Positions 61,167 through 64,000 of a DNA stretch of 64,000 bases are shown piece after piece (within the stretch, counting starts at the first letter, position 1; each line of letters begins with the position of its first letter). The position numbers were made by a program, and so were the translations under genes. The DNA is taken from contig OZ076409.1 in assembly GCA_964187785.1 (NCBI GenBank), positions 85,190,001-85,254,000 of the forward strand, in the 5' to 3' direction. The DNA comes from Amphiscolops sp. MND2022. Taxonomy: Eukaryota. The notes beneath the pieces are model-generated. The model did not search any database, had not been told where the DNA came from, and saw only the letters and a list, made by a program, of their open reading frames with translations.

Positions 61167-63229
61167 GACAGTGGCGGTTCTTCGGTGTTATTATTGCTGA
61201 GACTGTTGGTCCCGTGTCTCCGGTGTCTTTTCTCACTCTGAAACAGAGGTCCCGAAATTACTTTTCGGTGTATAATTTTTCCGGTGTCTGTTCTTACGGT
61301 ATTCTCGGACCCGCTTGTTGCGGTTTGTATTTTTGATTGATGTTTAGCTCAAGTTATTTAGTAGAGGGCTTCCGGTCCCACACCCCAATTAAAATTTTCT
61401 TGGTTTCTTTTCGGGTCCATTCGTTATCCACAATATTTTTCCCCTTCAATTCTGGTGTGATGTCAATTTTATGTTCCCGTTTCGTAAACTGCCGGAATCG
61501 TTCTAACCACTGTCTCGATGTAAATATCGGGTTTCCGTCTGATGCTTTCGCTTCTAGGTTCGGTACGATATTTTTCTCTGTCATAGTTTTGGTTTAATAA
61601 ATTTCGATTTGTTTAAAAACTTGCTGATTGCGCCATGTTGTATTATAGACTTGTAAGGTAAAACAGTTTTCTTAAATAGTTTCTTTCTATATCGAACGTA
61701 TAGTATGGTAACAAAACGTAAAGTGATATAAATAAAGTTTTATATCAGATGTCTATTGTTTGTAAATCCGGCAGGTAATTGTCTGTGACCGAAACTCGGT
61801 AGAGGTTGAATGTCTAGTCCGGTAATCGATAGTTGAACCTTATAACAATTACTATCATTGACTATTTTTAGTTATGGCTTCAAGAGAAGGAGTTTCGTAC
61901 CATGTTCCTTGCCCACCACCCCCTCTAAAAGTACAACTTGTTTCTTATCCCCCCAACTCGAAGTTGTTTCGACACTTAAAGCATAAATTCCCCCTGAAAT
62001 ATGCTTAAATTGTAATGCAAAGCCCCGGTAAGTGGTTCCACCGGTATGACGACGAAATTTCTGGATTTGCTAATACGACGAAATTTCCTACGACGAAATT
62101 TCTGACGACTAAATTTTTGTCTCCTGATCATGTTACTTATCATTCAGCTATAAACAATCTAGAAATGTCCAGTTTTCGATTTCTAGGGGGAATGGCATAG
62201 TTTAAAATGTGGTGGTTTCTAGTCAGTGCTTTTGCTATAAAAGACAGATTCTAGTGATGGCCCTTTCTGAAAACCAGAAAACTGACACATTTTTATTAGT
62301 TACTATAACTTGCTCCAATAGTAATTTTATACGACTTGCAAGTTTCATCGCGCATTTTGGTCAAACAGTTAGCACTGACTACCAGGCATGGTAGGAGGGC
62401 CTGAGCAACAGGAGATCGAAAATTTCCAACAAACATTCAATCACATTTTTCGATTTTTGAGCTTTTCTTTTGAGGGTGATAATTATGAAAAATACACTGT
62501 GCAACTTTTTGTTCAAAAAATTTTCGTTTGGTCACGGGATACCCCCATCAGTTTTTAAAAACTTCCCGGCCGGGAAAAGGCGTTTTGCGAACTTATAGGC
62601 TCTCTTTACGGGTGTTTCGGCTCCACGAAAGCGTTTCCGAAAGAGGAGCAAAGAATGGGTTTTTTGATGCTGTGAATTAGGGTAAAATGTTTTTTTTTCT
62701 ATCTTATGGATACTGTCTCGAGTAATAGTTGGCACTGGAAATTCAAGGAACACTTTCATAACAGTTTCTCTTTGCACCTTCAAAACACCTTGCTCTTCCT
62801 GTACTTTGAACGGGCTGCCGACTCGGAACATTCCCAATTTGTTATCATATACTGAAAAAAAAACACACATTTTTTTGGACATAAAGACATTTTCTCCAAC
62901 GAAACGTTGATAAAGAGAATGAAACCTCCAATGAAAACTAAACTGCTTCTGCTCGAGGTCCTTTTACTCCAAATCATCAGTTTGATACGGAAGTTATTGG
63001 AACTTTCCGTGAAAACTTTCATCAAAATTTCGGAAAACTGCATAAGAAAAAAATTGAAAACCTTAAGAAGTTTTCCAGAAAAACTAAAAAAATGAATGGA
63101 ATAGATTTTATTACCAATCTAGATGGAGAAATAACTGCAAATGCTTTTAATAACGGCTTTTTCAGTGCTTGTGAGCATACAGGTTTTTCAATTTCAGTTT
63201 ATAGCCTTTGGGTCAGGGAATAATAGACA

Positions 63230-63425
63230 GACGCAGTCAATATATTTTTCGCATACCACTGTTGGTGAAATCTGTAGTATAGTTAAAGAATTGAAAAACA
63301 AAACGTCCATTGGTTTCGATGTTATTGATGTAAATATTTAGAGGCGATCGGCTGAAATTCGTTGCAAAAACGTTTGTATCGGTTTAAAAAAATGTATTTC
63401 TACAGGAATTTCAAATGTCCGAAGG
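63230..63425 (+). pseudogene. Short LINE ORF2 remnant (pre-RT region)
   Basis: SIYFSHTTVGEICSIVKELKNKTSIGFDVID resembles the 'EV..II..LK..KS.G.DGI' motif preceding LINE RT. Confidence 0.55.
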
Positions 63426-64000
63426 AAAGCGGAGCAACGTGCCACTACTAGTCCAGCGGCTGGTTTTGAAGAAGATTGACCGGGAGGGCCGGGAAGGAGC
63501 ACTGCCGAGTCATACAACAATTTATTCAATCATTTTTAGTTGTCAGATCAATTCCATTTTGGAATGCAATTCCATTAAAAAGTCTTGGACGTTATTTCTT
63601 TGGACGTTATTTCCACCAAGCTTATGGAGGACTTTTTTAATACTACAAAAATTTTTTGACGTTTAGGAATATGCTTCTATTATCGGCATTATTAACAAAC
63701 TTTACCTTTTTTCATAATTATTATTCACGGTTTCATTATTATTAATATTGATATTATCATTGATATTTTACGGTCAATTTTTAACATCCCTGTTGTTCAG
63801 GTGGAATGAGTGTGTTCTCCAGGAGGTAATATTCTGTAATTATTCTGTGAATATTCTGTAATTTTCTGTAATATTCAATGGAAATTTTAAAATGTACAAC
63901 CTCTTAAACTACAGTCGAGTCTTGTTTGAACCAAGGTAAGAACAGTTCATTAAATGTGATTCCCCCATGTTTCCAAGTGACCTTCGGATGAAACTTTTAA

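Overview
AT-rich, repeat-dense eukaryotic (metazoan-like) DNA. Left half: four phase-compatible coding exons of one atypical class-A GPCR gene on + (TM3 to C-terminus; the 5' exons lie upstream of the window). Its 9-13 kb introns are filled with LINE debris, MITEs, Helentron/HINE-like repeats, palindromes and internally deleted Ty3/Gypsy LTR elements. Right half (39.2-62.1 kb): a nested insertion complex. A short non-autonomous LTR element (TSD ATTAC) has been interrupted by (i) a 2.4-kb zinc-finger-coding insert sitting in its (ATC)n tract and (ii) an 18.5-kb Ty3/Gypsy element on - (42688-61166, 2.2-kb LTRs, TSD GACAG). Besides gag/pro/pol, the giant element carries an 8-exon, ~1,050-codon antisense gene with a BED/hAT-like zinc finger. 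Its LTRs, cargo-gene introns and internal spacer are covered by about 50 copies of a GATG-N7-GATG motif, often at exact 60-bp spacing. This is a candidate self-encoded DNA-binding regulator plus cognate site array, and the most interesting system in the window. Coordinates were read by eye and no database searches were run.
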